Shown: positions 19,890-30,782, numbered from the stretch's first letter. The stretch: 64,000 nt of DNA from Bacteroidales bacterium M7 (GCA_001689515.1 LUJR01000039.1:83544-147543); one strand, 5' to 3'. Numbers and translations are program-made. The notes: generated by a model from the sequence alone, not told the origin.

Positions 19890-21215
19890 ATGATAGAGAT
19901 AAGCAAGAGAAAACGCAACTTGGACATGGGCATAATCACCCTGTGGCTACATTGGGCACTCGCTACATGTGCTCTTGCGCTGCCCATACTTCTGGGGTAT
20001 TTTATGCCATTGAAATGGTTGCCGATGGTTATTTTTATGGAAGTAATCGGTCTGTATTACTACATACGATCATCAGCAGAAGCAGCCCCGCGATGTTATC
20101 TGATCATGAACATCTGTGCCCGCGCCCTCATATGTTCCGGGGTAATCATGCTTATAATCAATATAGCATTCTCAACTGGAGCCATACATGCTCTATATGA
20201 GGCAGACACTCTTAATCGTGAGATTCCATTTATTCCCACGCTCATCATCTCCCCCGCAGCTTGTTTCTTCGCGACAATCGCATCCCTCAGAAAATCCAGG
20301 CAGTCATTTTGTCAGAATTGCATAATACGATACGGCAGTGCAGCCGAACGCGGATTCATCGGTGCGATATACAAGCAGGAAGGAAACCGCCAGTCAGAAT
20401 TGCTGGCGTGGCTGACAGGACTGATAACCCTGTTTGATTGGGGTTACTACCTGACATGCTATATTAATGTTAATTTTAACCGCCCCGATACTTTTTTCCT
20501 TGTTGTCATTCCCGTCGGTTTCTACGTTCTGACCCTTATCTACACAGCACTCCGCTACTCCGGACTTCTTGCCTACTATAGCAAAGAAGCAATCGGAGCC
20601 GCACGTGCCCGAGGGTCTATCACCCAGCTTCGTTTTCTGGTCGTATATGACAATTCCATATTTCTTGGTCCTGATGACCCTGAACAGTCATCACCACGCC
20701 TTGACACTCCATATACGCTGACCATACACTACTGCAAGGATATACCCATTGAGTTAGTCAAAGACTATTTCTGCAACCTCGCACAAGCTCAGGACGCAAC
20801 CATCAAGTACATATACACATCCGAGTCAGGCAACCTTGACGGCACAATCCGGCACTACATCGCCACCATAGCCAACAAAGACGACATCGACTATTCCCTC
20901 CATCCCGACGGGGAGTGGTACACTTTTTACCAGCTCAAGCAAATGATCAACGCTCGCAAACTTGCTCCGCTGCTCAGAGCCGAGATAGTCAGGATATACA
21001 CCACCGTCATGACATGGAAAACATATGACGAAAAAGGAAGACGACTATACAAAATCAAAAATTACCGCCCTACTTTCCACTTACAGCAGCTCCCTGACTG
21101 GAATGTGGATTTCAATGACAACCGCTGGCTGTTCATAGCTGCCAACAATGAAGATGTGCGCTTCTTTAAGCTCAGAAGACTGGTAAAACGTATCTTATTC
21201 GGGCGAAAAATCTGA
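19890..21215 (+). CDS. Hypothetical multi-TM protein with soluble C-terminal domain
   Basis: 441 aa: about 6 hydrophobic helices, a CQNC motif, and a ~200-aa C-terminal domain that I could not assign to a family. Confidence 0.65.
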   Translation: MIEISKRKRNLDMGIITLWLHWALATCALALPILLGYFMPLKWLPMVIFMEVIGLYYYIRSSAEAAPRCYLIMNICARALICSGVIMLIINIAFSTGAIHALYEADTLNREIPFIPTLIISPAACFFATIASLRKSRQSFCQNCIIRYGSAAERGFIGAIYKQEGNRQSELLAWLTGLITLFDWGYYLTCYINVNFNRPDTFFLVVIPVGFYVLTLIYTALRYSGLLAYYSKEAIGAARARGSITQLRFLVVYDNSIFLGPDDPEQSSPRLDTPYTLTIHYCKDIPIELVKDYFCNLAQAQDATIKYIYTSESGNLDGTIRHYIATIANKDDIDYSLHPDGEWYTFYQLKQMINARKLAPLLRAEIVRIYTTVMTWKTYDEKGRRLYKIKNYRPTFHLQQLPDWNVDFNDNRWLFIAANNEDVRFFKLRRLVKRILFGRKI

Positions 21216-21230
21216 TTAATCCTGACCAAA

Positions 21231-22166
21231 ATGGCATCAGACAACACCCTGCAACTACTTGTTGTCACCGGACCTACCGCATCTGGCAAGACATACCGTG
21301 CCGTAAGTCTTGCAAAGCAGCTTGACGGCGAAATCATAAGTGCCGATTCACGCCAGATATACCGCAACATGGATATAGGCACAGGCAAGGATCTGCATGA
21401 ATACGGCTCCGTCCCCTACCATATGATTGACATATGCCCTGCCGGTTATAAGTATAATCTATACGAGTACCTTCGGGATGCCGACAATGCCATTGCCACT
21501 GTCAAGGGCAACGGACACCTACCTATAATTTGCGGGGGCACAGGACTTTATATCGAAAGCATCCTCAAAGGTATAAGATTGCCGGAAGTGCCTGAAAATA
21601 GGGAGCTTCGGGATGCCTTGGCTGGCAAATCTCTTGAAGAACTCACCGCGCAGTTGTCACAGATGAAGACATTGCATAATGTGACCGATGTCGACACATG
21701 CCAGAGGGCGATACGCGCCATAGAGATTGCGACTTATTATCAGCAACATCCCCAGCAGGCTATACTCACCGTCCCGCATCCGATAAGCAATGCGCTGATA
21801 GTGGGTGTCGACATTGACCGTGACAACCGCCGCCACAGGATTTCAGACCGACTTGACGCACGTCTCAGGGAGGGTATGATCGATGAAGTGGACTCTCTTC
21901 TTAAAAGCGGCATACCAGCCGATGACCTTATCTATTACGGACTGGAATACAAATTCCTGACACTGTATCTGACCGGCAAACTCACATATCAGGAGATGTA
22001 TTCAGATCTGGAAACAGCCATACACCAGTTTGCAAAGCGGCAGATGACATGGTTCAGAGGCATGGAACGGCGCGGATTCCATATCCACTGGCTTCCGTAT
22101 GACATGCCTGACAGCGACTTTAACGAAGCAGTCCAGACCCTCATAGATAAATTCCACACCAACTAA
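21231..22166 (+). CDS. miaA: tRNA dimethylallyltransferase MiaA
   Basis: P-loop GPTASGKT and the SADSRQIYRNMDIGTGK motif. Confidence 0.93.
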   Translation: MASDNTLQLLVVTGPTASGKTYRAVSLAKQLDGEIISADSRQIYRNMDIGTGKDLHEYGSVPYHMIDICPAGYKYNLYEYLRDADNAIATVKGNGHLPIICGGTGLYIESILKGIRLPEVPENRELRDALAGKSLEELTAQLSQMKTLHNVTDVDTCQRAIRAIEIATYYQQHPQQAILTVPHPISNALIVGVDIDRDNRRHRISDRLDARLREGMIDEVDSLLKSGIPADDLIYYGLEYKFLTLYLTGKLTYQEMYSDLETAIHQFAKRQMTWFRGMERRGFHIHWLPYDMPDSDFNEAVQTLIDKFHTN

Positions 22167-22167
22167 A

Positions 22168-22551
22168 ATGGCATTTCACAATGAAGTAGGCAGATGGGGC
22201 GAACAAGCGGCATGCGATTATCTCGTCACACAAGGATACACGCTCATGGAGCGCAACTGCAAGATACATCGTATAGAGATAGACATAATCGCATGTAAAG
22301 CCGATACGATATGCTTCATCGAGGTAAAGACACGCAGCTCTGATGAGATAGACCCTGTCTATGCCATCGATGACCGCAAGATGAAGCGTATGTGCAGAGC
22401 AGCAAATGATTATGTCAACGCCCACGACCTCCATCTCAACCCTCAGATTGACATAATCACCGTCATCGGTAATCCTGTGTCAGGAATCCTGCGCATCGAA
22501 CATTATCCCGATTGCTACCTGCCGTCACCTGTGACTGCTAAGATTGGTTAA
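22168..22551 (+). CDS. YraN family (UPF0102) endonuclease-like protein
   Basis: 127 aa. GEQAACDYLVTQGYTLMERNCK..EIDIIA...FIEVKTR is the YraN PD-(D/E)xK signature. Confidence 0.85.
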   Translation: MAFHNEVGRWGEQAACDYLVTQGYTLMERNCKIHRIEIDIIACKADTICFIEVKTRSSDEIDPVYAIDDRKMKRMCRAANDYVNAHDLHLNPQIDIITVIGNPVSGILRIEHYPDCYLPSPVTAKIG

Positions 22552-22619
22552 TTAACTCCATTACACGCAGAAAATAACATATCTTTGTACTCCAAACCAC
22601 ATAAACAGCCTATTACAAG

Positions 22620-23369
22620 ATGCTAAATAACGGTCGAAGTTCATTCCTGAGCAACATACCCCCTGTAACCAAAAATCTCCTGATCATCAATTTCATCATC
22701 TGGCTGGCGATGCTCATTGTACCGTCAAAACTTGGATTTGATGCCATCGCTTATGGAGGGTTACATTACTTTTCAGCCCCGGACTTCAATCCCGTGCAGT
22801 TGCTGACCTACATGTTCATGCACAGTACCGACACGTTTGCCCATCTGTTTTTCAACATGTTCACCCTGTGGATGTTCGGCATCACCCTCGAGCGCGTGCT
22901 TGGATCTCAGAGATACCTGTTTTTCTACATAACAGTAGGCATCGGAGCCGGACTGTTTCAGGAACTCGTATGGGGGCTGACATGGGAAGGTCCGTTTTTT
23001 GACTGGGTCAGCAGCTCCACCGGCTATCCGGTAGAGGCAGTCAAGTCAGCTTATGCCGCCGGAGAGCTGTCGCAATGGCAGAGCTTCTATCTTAACCACA
23101 TGGTCACTATAGGCGCATCAGGTGCCATCTACGGCATCCTCCTCGCCTTCGGCATGCTATTCCCCAACCGTCCGCTATTCCTGATGTTCATCCCTGTGCC
23201 TATCAAAGCCAAATATATGGTGATAGGATACGGTGTCATAGAGATACTGCTCGGAGTCGGTGGCAATGACGGCATAGCACACTTCGCCCACCTCGGAGGC
23301 ATGATTTTCGGATTCCTTATGATATACTACTGGAAAAAGAAGGGCATTGTACATGGCGACTTTTTCTAA
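22620..23369 (+). CDS. Rhomboid family intramembrane serine protease
   Basis: GASGAIYG catalytic Ser motif and a downstream HLGG His motif in a polytopic protein. Confidence 0.88.
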   Translation: MLNNGRSSFLSNIPPVTKNLLIINFIIWLAMLIVPSKLGFDAIAYGGLHYFSAPDFNPVQLLTYMFMHSTDTFAHLFFNMFTLWMFGITLERVLGSQRYLFFYITVGIGAGLFQELVWGLTWEGPFFDWVSSSTGYPVEAVKSAYAAGELSQWQSFYLNHMVTIGASGAIYGILLAFGMLFPNRPLFLMFIPVPIKAKYMVIGYGVIEILLGVGGNDGIAHFAHLGGMIFGFLMIYYWKKKGIVHGDFF

Positions 23370-23613
23370 GAAACGCATCCAGAAGGTATCGGTAGTACTC
23401 AATATCATCGCAGCTGCATGCTCGATGCTCATAGGTATACCATGGCTTATACGGCATAACCGCGATGACCATCCTATGCATCCGAAATCAATCTCTGACA
23501 CAAATACGACACTGTTACGACACACCCTCACCAAGTTACAGAATTCCGGCTATTCAAGCCTGACTGCTGACGAAAGAGAGCTGATAGCCGACAGCATGAA
23601 AAGCAACAAGTAA
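23347..23613 (+). CDS. Possible small membrane-anchored protein
   Basis: 88-aa ORF overlapping the rhomboid gene end by 23 nt. It has one hydrophobic helix. No homology was recognised. Confidence 0.4.
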   Translation: MYMATFSKKRIQKVSVVLNIIAAACSMLIGIPWLIRHNRDDHPMHPKSISDTNTTLLRHTLTKLQNSGYSSLTADERELIADSMKSNK

Positions 23614-23627
23614 ACAACACTGCCCCT

Positions 23628-24797
23628 GTGGATTTACGCCCTCACATAAAACCGTTTCTCATATCCTCGGTCAAGGACATATGGCCTGACTCGACCGGGC
23701 AGAGATGTCTTGTGGTTATGACTGCCATATTCTGCCTGCTGACCATTTTTGCAGCCTATGCAGGATATATCGCTCCCGCCCATACATTCTTCGGTACAGT
23801 GGCACCTCTGGCAGTCATGGCATTCCCTTCATTATTATACTTGCTGTTTGCTGTCCTGATAATATGTATCATATTCTGGATCAGAGGTGCCCGCATGCTG
23901 TTTGTGACACTGCTGCTGATAATCCCATCAGCCATCAAGCTCGTGCCGCTTCACGTCACTCCATACCTGGTGGATCGCTCCAAGGGCGAAAAGACTTTCT
24001 CGTTGCTGACCTACAACGTAATGAGCTTTTTTGACTTTGAGGGTCCATTTAAAGAAGGTGTCCCCAATCGTACCGTCCAGTACATACTTGACTCGAATCC
24101 TGACATCGTATGCCTACAGGAAACCCTGCGTGCCGCCTATATCAACACACTCAACATCACCATGAGTCAACGCAATCTCAGGGATTTGAGATACCCCTAT
24201 CAGATGCACTGGCATGACGGAGGCATCGCGATGTATTCAAAATACCCAATCAAAGAAATATATATAGGCGACCGCCCCGATATGCCCTATCCCCACTACA
24301 AGGCTGCCAGGGTATATCTCTACGATGATTCCATCACCATCATCAATTGCCATCTGCAATCCATAGGGCTTGATGTGTCTGACCGCAATATCTACCATGA
24401 AGTCACTGACGGAGATATCGACTTCAAGACCATAGACACTGCTGGCTCCAAAATACTTGACAAACTGACAGACGCGTTTATCGTAAGAGCAAAACAGGCA
24501 GAATTCATCCGCTCGGTATTGGATTCAATTCCGGGTAACGTCATAGTATGTGGAGACTTCAATGATGTACCCCTGAGTTTCGCTTCACGTCAGGTGCAGG
24601 GCGATGACATGCATGATGCTTTTGCGACCACATCGCTCGGCCCACGCATCACCTTTCATGACAACAGATTTTATTTCCGTATAGATCATGTATTCTATCG
24701 CGGCAACATCGGAGCCTACCGCAGCACGTCTCCTAATATTCCCAGCTCTGACCACTATCCTCTGCTTGTGAGATTTAAAATGAAATCCAGCAAATAG
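23628..24797 (+). CDS. Membrane-anchored endonuclease/exonuclease/phosphatase (EEP) family protein
   Basis: N-terminal TM helices plus EEP hallmarks (LLTYNV, CLQE, GDFND, SDHYP). GTG start. Confidence 0.8.
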   Translation: MDLRPHIKPFLISSVKDIWPDSTGQRCLVVMTAIFCLLTIFAAYAGYIAPAHTFFGTVAPLAVMAFPSLLYLLFAVLIICIIFWIRGARMLFVTLLLIIPSAIKLVPLHVTPYLVDRSKGEKTFSLLTYNVMSFFDFEGPFKEGVPNRTVQYILDSNPDIVCLQETLRAAYINTLNITMSQRNLRDLRYPYQMHWHDGGIAMYSKYPIKEIYIGDRPDMPYPHYKAARVYLYDDSITIINCHLQSIGLDVSDRNIYHEVTDGDIDFKTIDTAGSKILDKLTDAFIVRAKQAEFIRSVLDSIPGNVIVCGDFNDVPLSFASRQVQGDDMHDAFATTSLGPRITFHDNRFYFRIDHVFYRGNIGAYRSTSPNIPSSDHYPLLVRFKMKSSK

Positions 24798-24819
24798 CAG
24801 CCATTAAAGCCACGCCCCT

Positions 24820-25956
24820 ATGACACCACGCCACGCCAATAGAAGCAAAACGGTCATCTCCTCCTGGCTACGACTTGCCATGTGGATTGTTATGGGCATG
24901 TTGTGCCTCCTGACCATCTACAGTGCATATGGGGGATATATACAACCGTCCCTATCCTTTGTAGGAAAGACCGCTCCGCTCGCCGTCATGGCGTTTCCCG
25001 CACTGGTCATAATAGTCGTAGTGCTTGGCGTGATACTCGGTCTGTGCAGGTCAAAATCGGCATACATAGCCGTAGCCACACTGTGTATCTGTGCACCATC
25101 CATATGGAACATTTGTCCTGTCAATCTGATCAAAGATCCGGTGCTCGAACAGCATGAGTATAAAGCATTCAAACTGTTGACATTCAATGTCATGAACATG
25201 TGGGATTATGAGGAATCTCACAGCCACGATGCCGACAACCGCATACTCAGCTTTATCATCCACACCGATGCTGACATCGTATCGCTTCAAGAAATCATCT
25301 ATTTTCCTAAAGTCGAGCAGAACAGCAACGTCACGGCACAGATTGATACCATACATCAGATGTATCCTTATATCGGCAAAGCTACCGATGGAGCTCTGAT
25401 GGTACTGTCGAAATATCCCATCAAACGTATCAATATCCCCAAACCATTTGTCAACAAGTATCTGCCTTATGCCGCCTATTCCATAGATTTGCCACAAGGT
25501 CCTATTACTCTGTTTGACTGCCATATGGAAAGCATCGGATTGACCGACTCCGACAAAGCCAGCTATCAGGATATCACACGTGGCAAAGCCGGCAAAGCTG
25601 ATATCAAGGACATGAAAAACAGCGCGCTACACAAGCTAAACGAAGCCTATCGTTCACGCTCTATACAAGTCAACCAACTCAGAGAGGTTGCCGACAGCAT
25701 AGGCGGCAATATCATCATCGCCGGAGACTTCAACGATGTGCCCCTGTCCTACACTATAAGGTGTCTGCAAGAGGCAGGGTTTAAAGAAGTATATCCCTCT
25801 CTCGCCCTGGGTCCCGGTTTCACCTACCACGCTGACCGCCTGTACTTCCGCATAGATCATATGCTCTATCGCGGGACACTTAAACCTCTGAGTCTCGAGA
25901 TTCCTAAAGTCAATCTGAGCGACCATTATCCTATGATTGCCACTTTTTTGGAGTAA
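24820..25956 (+). CDS. Membrane-anchored EEP family protein (tandem paralog)
   Basis: Same architecture and motifs as the upstream gene (LLTFNV, SLQE, GDFND, SDHYP). Confidence 0.85.
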   Translation: MTPRHANRSKTVISSWLRLAMWIVMGMLCLLTIYSAYGGYIQPSLSFVGKTAPLAVMAFPALVIIVVVLGVILGLCRSKSAYIAVATLCICAPSIWNICPVNLIKDPVLEQHEYKAFKLLTFNVMNMWDYEESHSHDADNRILSFIIHTDADIVSLQEIIYFPKVEQNSNVTAQIDTIHQMYPYIGKATDGALMVLSKYPIKRINIPKPFVNKYLPYAAYSIDLPQGPITLFDCHMESIGLTDSDKASYQDITRGKAGKADIKDMKNSALHKLNEAYRSRSIQVNQLREVADSIGGNIIIAGDFNDVPLSYTIRCLQEAGFKEVYPSLALGPGFTYHADRLYFRIDHMLYRGTLKPLSLEIPKVNLSDHYPMIATFLE

Positions 25957-26039
25957 AGAGATGTGGGGATTTCAAAAATTATAGCTAACTTGCAGAATAA
26001 ATGTAATTTAATATCATCACAATACCAATTTTTTCACAT

Positions 26040-28169
26040 ATGACTATCAGGAATCTTGCCACATTGACCTTTGCCGCCGCCATAGTAGGCTACGGCTCGA
26101 CAGGTTGCAGCAAATCCAAGGCTGCCGATGAAAAAGACAACCCTTTCTTCACTCAATGGGATACTCCTTACGGCATTCCGCCATTTGAGGATATAAAAGT
26201 CGAGCATTATAAGCCTGCTTTTGAGGAAGGCATGAAGCAGCAGCGTCAGGAAATAGCCGACATCACCAGTAACCCCGACGCTCCGACCTATGACAATACA
26301 ATCGTCCCCCTTGAATACAGCGGCAAATTCCTTAATCGTGTAGCTCACGTGTTTTTCGCGCTTAACGAGTGCATGAACACCCCCGAAATGCAGGACGCCG
26401 CTGCTGAAATCATGCCCATGTACTCGTCATTCAGCGATGAAATAATGATGAACGACAGCCTGTTTCAGCGCATCAACACACTTTATCAGCAGCGTGACAG
26501 CCTCAATCTGACAGTAGCCCAGAAAAGAGCACTTGAAGAACACTACAAGAACTTCACCCTCAACGGCGCATTGCTCAATGCCGACCAGAAGAAAGAGCTG
26601 TCTGACATAAACACTCAGCTGTCAAACCTCTACCTCAAGTTTAACAAGAACCTCCTCACTGCCACCAATGCCTTCACCATCACTGTAGATGATGAGTCCA
26701 GACTCTCGGGCCTTCCTGACAATGTCAAGGCGACAGCCAAAGAGGAGGCTGAGAAGCGGGGCATGAAAGACAAGTGGGTATTCACGCTACATGCACCTTC
26801 ACGACTGCCGGTGCTGCAGTTTGCTGATGACCGCGACCTGCGCCGACAGATGTGGGAAGGATACACCACACTGGCATCTCAAGGCGAAAACGACAACAAC
26901 CCCGTCATCAAGGATATCGTCACACTGCGCACCAAGAAAGCACAACTTCTCGGTTTCCCCGACTACGCCTCGCTCGCCACAGCCCCCTACATGGCAAAGA
27001 CACCTGCCGCAGCAAAAGAATTGCTGATGAAGATATGGAAGCCTGCCGTAGCCAAAGTAAAACGCGAGGTAGCAGACATGCAGAAGATAGCCGACGAAGA
27101 GAACAAGGGTATCAAGATCGAACCCTGGGACTATTACTACTATGCTGAAAAAGACCGTGTGCGCAAATACGGTCTTGACGAGAATGTCATCAAGGAATAT
27201 TTTGCAGTAGACAGCGTACGCAAAGGCATCTTCACGATGGCTAACAAGCTCTATGGCATCACATTCACACCTATGGATTCTGCTCCAAAATACCATCCGG
27301 AGGTAAATGTATATGAAGTCAAGGATGCCGACGGAAAGCATCTCGCCGTGTTCATGACTGACTACTTCCCCCGCGACACCAAGCGTCAGGGAGCATGGAT
27401 GGATGCCCTTGAACCGGGCGAAGTGACCCCCGACGGCAAGGAGACCCGTCCTGTCATCTACAATGTCGGCAACCTGTCACGTCCTACTGCCGATGCCCCG
27501 GCATTGATGACCATCGACAATGTGGAGACCATGTTCCATGAATTCGGACATGCACTCCACGGTATGTTGACACGCGCCACCATCCCCTCTCAGATGGGTA
27601 CCTCCGTTGACCGTGATTTCGTGGAAATGCCGTCGCAGATCCACGAACACTGGGCGTTTGAACCGGAACTGCTCAAAGAATATGCCCGCCACTACAAGAC
27701 AGGTGAAATCATTCCCGATTCTCTGGTAACAAAACTCAAAGCCGCATCACACCATAATCAGGGATTCATCATGACCGAACTTGTCGGAGCCGCTCTGCTT
27801 GACTTCTACTGGGGCGAACTCATACCTGACCAGAATACCGACATCAAAGCTTTTGAAACAAAAGTAGCCAATGAAATAGGCATGCCGGCAGAACTGACCT
27901 TCCGCTACCGCAGTCCTTATTTCAAGCATATATTCGGTGATGAGGGTTATGCCTCTGGTTACTATACCTACCTGTGGGCAGCTGTTCTCGAATGCGACGG
28001 CTACGACCTGTTTAAGGAAGAAGGAGTATTCAACCCCGAAGCAGCAGCCCGCTTCAAGCATATGCTTGAAATGGGAGGCAGCGAAGACCCGATGAAGCTC
28101 TACGTGGACTTCCGCGGCCACAAGCCCGATGTCTCTGCCCTGATCAACGCCCGCGGTCTCAACGAATAA
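26040..28169 (+). CDS. dcp: M3 family peptidyl-dipeptidase (Dcp-like), lipoprotein-type signal
   Basis: HEFGH zinc motif with a downstream E, overall M3A layout, and an N-terminal signal peptide with Cys (GSTGCSK). Confidence 0.9.
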   Translation: MTIRNLATLTFAAAIVGYGSTGCSKSKAADEKDNPFFTQWDTPYGIPPFEDIKVEHYKPAFEEGMKQQRQEIADITSNPDAPTYDNTIVPLEYSGKFLNRVAHVFFALNECMNTPEMQDAAAEIMPMYSSFSDEIMMNDSLFQRINTLYQQRDSLNLTVAQKRALEEHYKNFTLNGALLNADQKKELSDINTQLSNLYLKFNKNLLTATNAFTITVDDESRLSGLPDNVKATAKEEAEKRGMKDKWVFTLHAPSRLPVLQFADDRDLRRQMWEGYTTLASQGENDNNPVIKDIVTLRTKKAQLLGFPDYASLATAPYMAKTPAAAKELLMKIWKPAVAKVKREVADMQKIADEENKGIKIEPWDYYYYAEKDRVRKYGLDENVIKEYFAVDSVRKGIFTMANKLYGITFTPMDSAPKYHPEVNVYEVKDADGKHLAVFMTDYFPRDTKRQGAWMDALEPGEVTPDGKETRPVIYNVGNLSRPTADAPALMTIDNVETMFHEFGHALHGMLTRATIPSQMGTSVDRDFVEMPSQIHEHWAFEPELLKEYARHYKTGEIIPDSLVTKLKAASHHNQGFIMTELVGAALLDFYWGELIPDQNTDIKAFETKVANEIGMPAELTFRYRSPYFKHIFGDEGYASGYYTYLWAAVLECDGYDLFKEEGVFNPEAAARFKHMLEMGGSEDPMKLYVDFRGHKPDVSALINARGLNE

Positions 28170-28194
28170 ATCTAATATAAATACTATACCAACA

Positions 28195-30603
28195 ATGTCA
28201 TTACAAACGCGAATTGCCTCTCGGATGCTATTATGCACATCGGCGGCAATATCAGCCTTCTCCATCACAGCGACAGCTGATGATGCCGGACAAATCAAAG
28301 CTTCGCTGCCCGATGGCAGCACGGTCATTGTGACAGCGATAAACCCCAATGTAATCAAAGTATCCAATCTGTCATCGGGAGAGACAGTGCCGCAATCTCG
28401 TGCCACTGTAGCCCCCGTGACACGCTTTGACGGCTCAATCAATCATGGCGAGTCAACTACCACCCTCACTACCTCCAACGGTGTCAAAGCCATACTCAAC
28501 ACCAAGACCGGAGCTGTCAGCATATCTGCTGGTCCTGGCAGAGGGATAAGTGACACCGGTGAGCGCACACTTGCTGACGGCAAACGCGAACTGATGCTGA
28601 CCACCGACGGTACAGGTTCATTTTACGGAGGCGGCGAGCGAGGTCACAAAATCAATCTCGCCGGTGACACCCTCACCATGTACAACAAGCAGAACTACGG
28701 CTACGTAAAGGGCGAAAGCCGCATCAGCCAGATGAACATAACCATGCCGTTGTTCTTGTCATCAAATGGATATGCACTGCTCTTTGATGACTATGCAGCA
28801 TCTCAGATCATCCTCGGCAATCCCATCAAATACATCTCAGAAAGCCCTGCGCCCATAAGCTACTATTACATCTATGGCGACGGCACTATGAAGGGACTGA
28901 CACAAGCAGTCAGCCAGCTGACAGGCCGTCAGGATATGCCTCCGTTCTGGGCTATGGGATACACGACTTCCAAGTACGGCTACAAGACCGAAGCCGAGAC
29001 ACGCGGTGTGATTGACACGCTGAAAATGAACAAATATCCTGTCGACGGCATCGTGCTCGACCTTTATTGGTACGGTAAGGAACAAGACATGGGACGCCTG
29101 GCATGGGATGCTGACCAATGGCCCACCCACAAGCAGATGCTTGCCGACCTCAAAGCCAAAGGAGTCAATACAATCATCATCTCCCAGCCCTATGTGCTCC
29201 GCAACAGCCGCGGTATCGACAACTACAATATGGGAGTCGAAAAAGGTCTCTTCGTCAAAGATGCCACTGACTCGCTCCGTGGACCACAGGAAGTGCAGAT
29301 ATGGGTAGGCGAAGGCGGCATGTGGGATGTCAGCAATCCCGACACTCGCAAGTGGCTCGCCAACCGTTACAAGGAGCTGACACTCGAAGGCGTAGGCGGT
29401 TGGTGGGGAGACCTCGGCGAACCGGAAGTACACCCCGAAACAGGCATCCACCACAACGGACTGACTGCTCGCCAGTACCACAACCAGTATGGCAACGACT
29501 GGTCTGAGATCATATATGACCTCTTCAAAGAAGAATTTCCCAATACACGTCTGATGACGATGATGCGCGGCGGTACCACAGGTCTGCAACGCTACAGCGT
29601 CTACCCATGGTCCACCGATGTATCCCGCTCATGGGGCGGTCTGCAGCCTCAGGTAACCATCATGCTTGGCTCAGGACTAAGCGGACTTGGCTATATGAGC
29701 CACGATGTGGGCGGATTCGCCCTCGACGAAAAAGTACCCTACGACCCTGAGCTCTATGTACGCTGGCTTCAGCTCGGCACATTCTCCCCTATCCTCCGTA
29801 CTCATGCACAAGGCACAGCCGAGCCTTACCGCTATCCTGACCAGCAGCACATCATACTCCCTCTCATAAAGGAGAGATACCGCTGGCTTCCATACAACTA
29901 CACATTGGCATATGAAAACCATGCATACGGCACTCCGCTTGTTCGTTCTATCGGCTTCTACGAACCAGGCGAAACCAAGTATGACAACATCGACGATGAA
30001 TATCTATGGGGTAAGGATGTGCTCATCGCTCCTGTGATGACACAGGGAGCTACATCGCGCACCGTCACCTTCCCCGCTGGCACATGGGTCGATTATACAA
30101 ATCCCTCCAAGACATATGCCGGAGGCACCACTGTCACATACAATGCACCTCTGGAAGTATTACCTATGTTCGTGCGTGGAGGCGCTATAATCCCGACAGC
30201 CGACTATGACATGGAAAACACCGGTGACTACAAGGATAACGTATATACTCTCAATGTATATCCGGTAGAAGGTTGCAACGGGTCATACACTCTATTTGAA
30301 GATGACCGCACATCTACCTCCACGGTCGAAAAAGGCAAGTATGCTCTGTTGACATTCACCGACTCCATGACCAAATCCGATCTGGACATCACACTCAGCA
30401 AGGACGCCACTTCACCGTTGACTCCCTCTGAAAAGGACATCAGACTGCTCATCAACAACATTGCCAAAACTCCAAAATCAGTCAGCGTAGATGGAAAGCG
30501 TCTCAGCAAACGCGACTACACTTATGACAAGCAGACAAAGACACTGACCATGAGCGGCAAATGGAATCCATCAGATGCCCGCACAATCAATGTCCGCCTC
30601 TGA
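28195..30603 (+). CDS. Glycoside hydrolase family 31 (alpha-glucosidase-like), secreted
   Basis: 802 aa with a signal peptide. The (beta/alpha)8 region has DGIVLDLYWYG and GGWWGDLGEPE motifs resembling Bacteroidales GH31 enzymes. Confidence 0.75.
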   Translation: MSLQTRIASRMLLCTSAAISAFSITATADDAGQIKASLPDGSTVIVTAINPNVIKVSNLSSGETVPQSRATVAPVTRFDGSINHGESTTTLTTSNGVKAILNTKTGAVSISAGPGRGISDTGERTLADGKRELMLTTDGTGSFYGGGERGHKINLAGDTLTMYNKQNYGYVKGESRISQMNITMPLFLSSNGYALLFDDYAASQIILGNPIKYISESPAPISYYYIYGDGTMKGLTQAVSQLTGRQDMPPFWAMGYTTSKYGYKTEAETRGVIDTLKMNKYPVDGIVLDLYWYGKEQDMGRLAWDADQWPTHKQMLADLKAKGVNTIIISQPYVLRNSRGIDNYNMGVEKGLFVKDATDSLRGPQEVQIWVGEGGMWDVSNPDTRKWLANRYKELTLEGVGGWWGDLGEPEVHPETGIHHNGLTARQYHNQYGNDWSEIIYDLFKEEFPNTRLMTMMRGGTTGLQRYSVYPWSTDVSRSWGGLQPQVTIMLGSGLSGLGYMSHDVGGFALDEKVPYDPELYVRWLQLGTFSPILRTHAQGTAEPYRYPDQQHIILPLIKERYRWLPYNYTLAYENHAYGTPLVRSIGFYEPGETKYDNIDDEYLWGKDVLIAPVMTQGATSRTVTFPAGTWVDYTNPSKTYAGGTTVTYNAPLEVLPMFVRGGAIIPTADYDMENTGDYKDNVYTLNVYPVEGCNGSYTLFEDDRTSTSTVEKGKYALLTFTDSMTKSDLDITLSKDATSPLTPSEKDIRLLINNIAKTPKSVSVDGKRLSKRDYTYDKQTKTLTMSGKWNPSDARTINVRL

Positions 30604-30643
30604 CCTGACTTCCATAGTCCTATAGCAACACACACTAAACAAA

Positions 30644-30679
30644 CAACGGGCTGCTGCCGAATCTGGCAGCAGCCCGTTG
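30644..30679. terminator. Terminator-like 15-bp perfect hairpin after the GH31 gene
   Basis: caacgggctgctgcc / ggcagcagcccgttg with a 6-nt loop. The flanking U-tract is weak on the plus strand; on the minus strand it is followed by a T-rich run. Confidence 0.55.
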
Positions 30680-30782
30680 CTACATACGTACACTTAGCGG
30701 CTATAGAATCCAATGAAAAGCAGTTGTAGGGTCGCTACTACTGGGCAATCTTTGGTTGGTCATGTAAGATGAATCGTAAACG

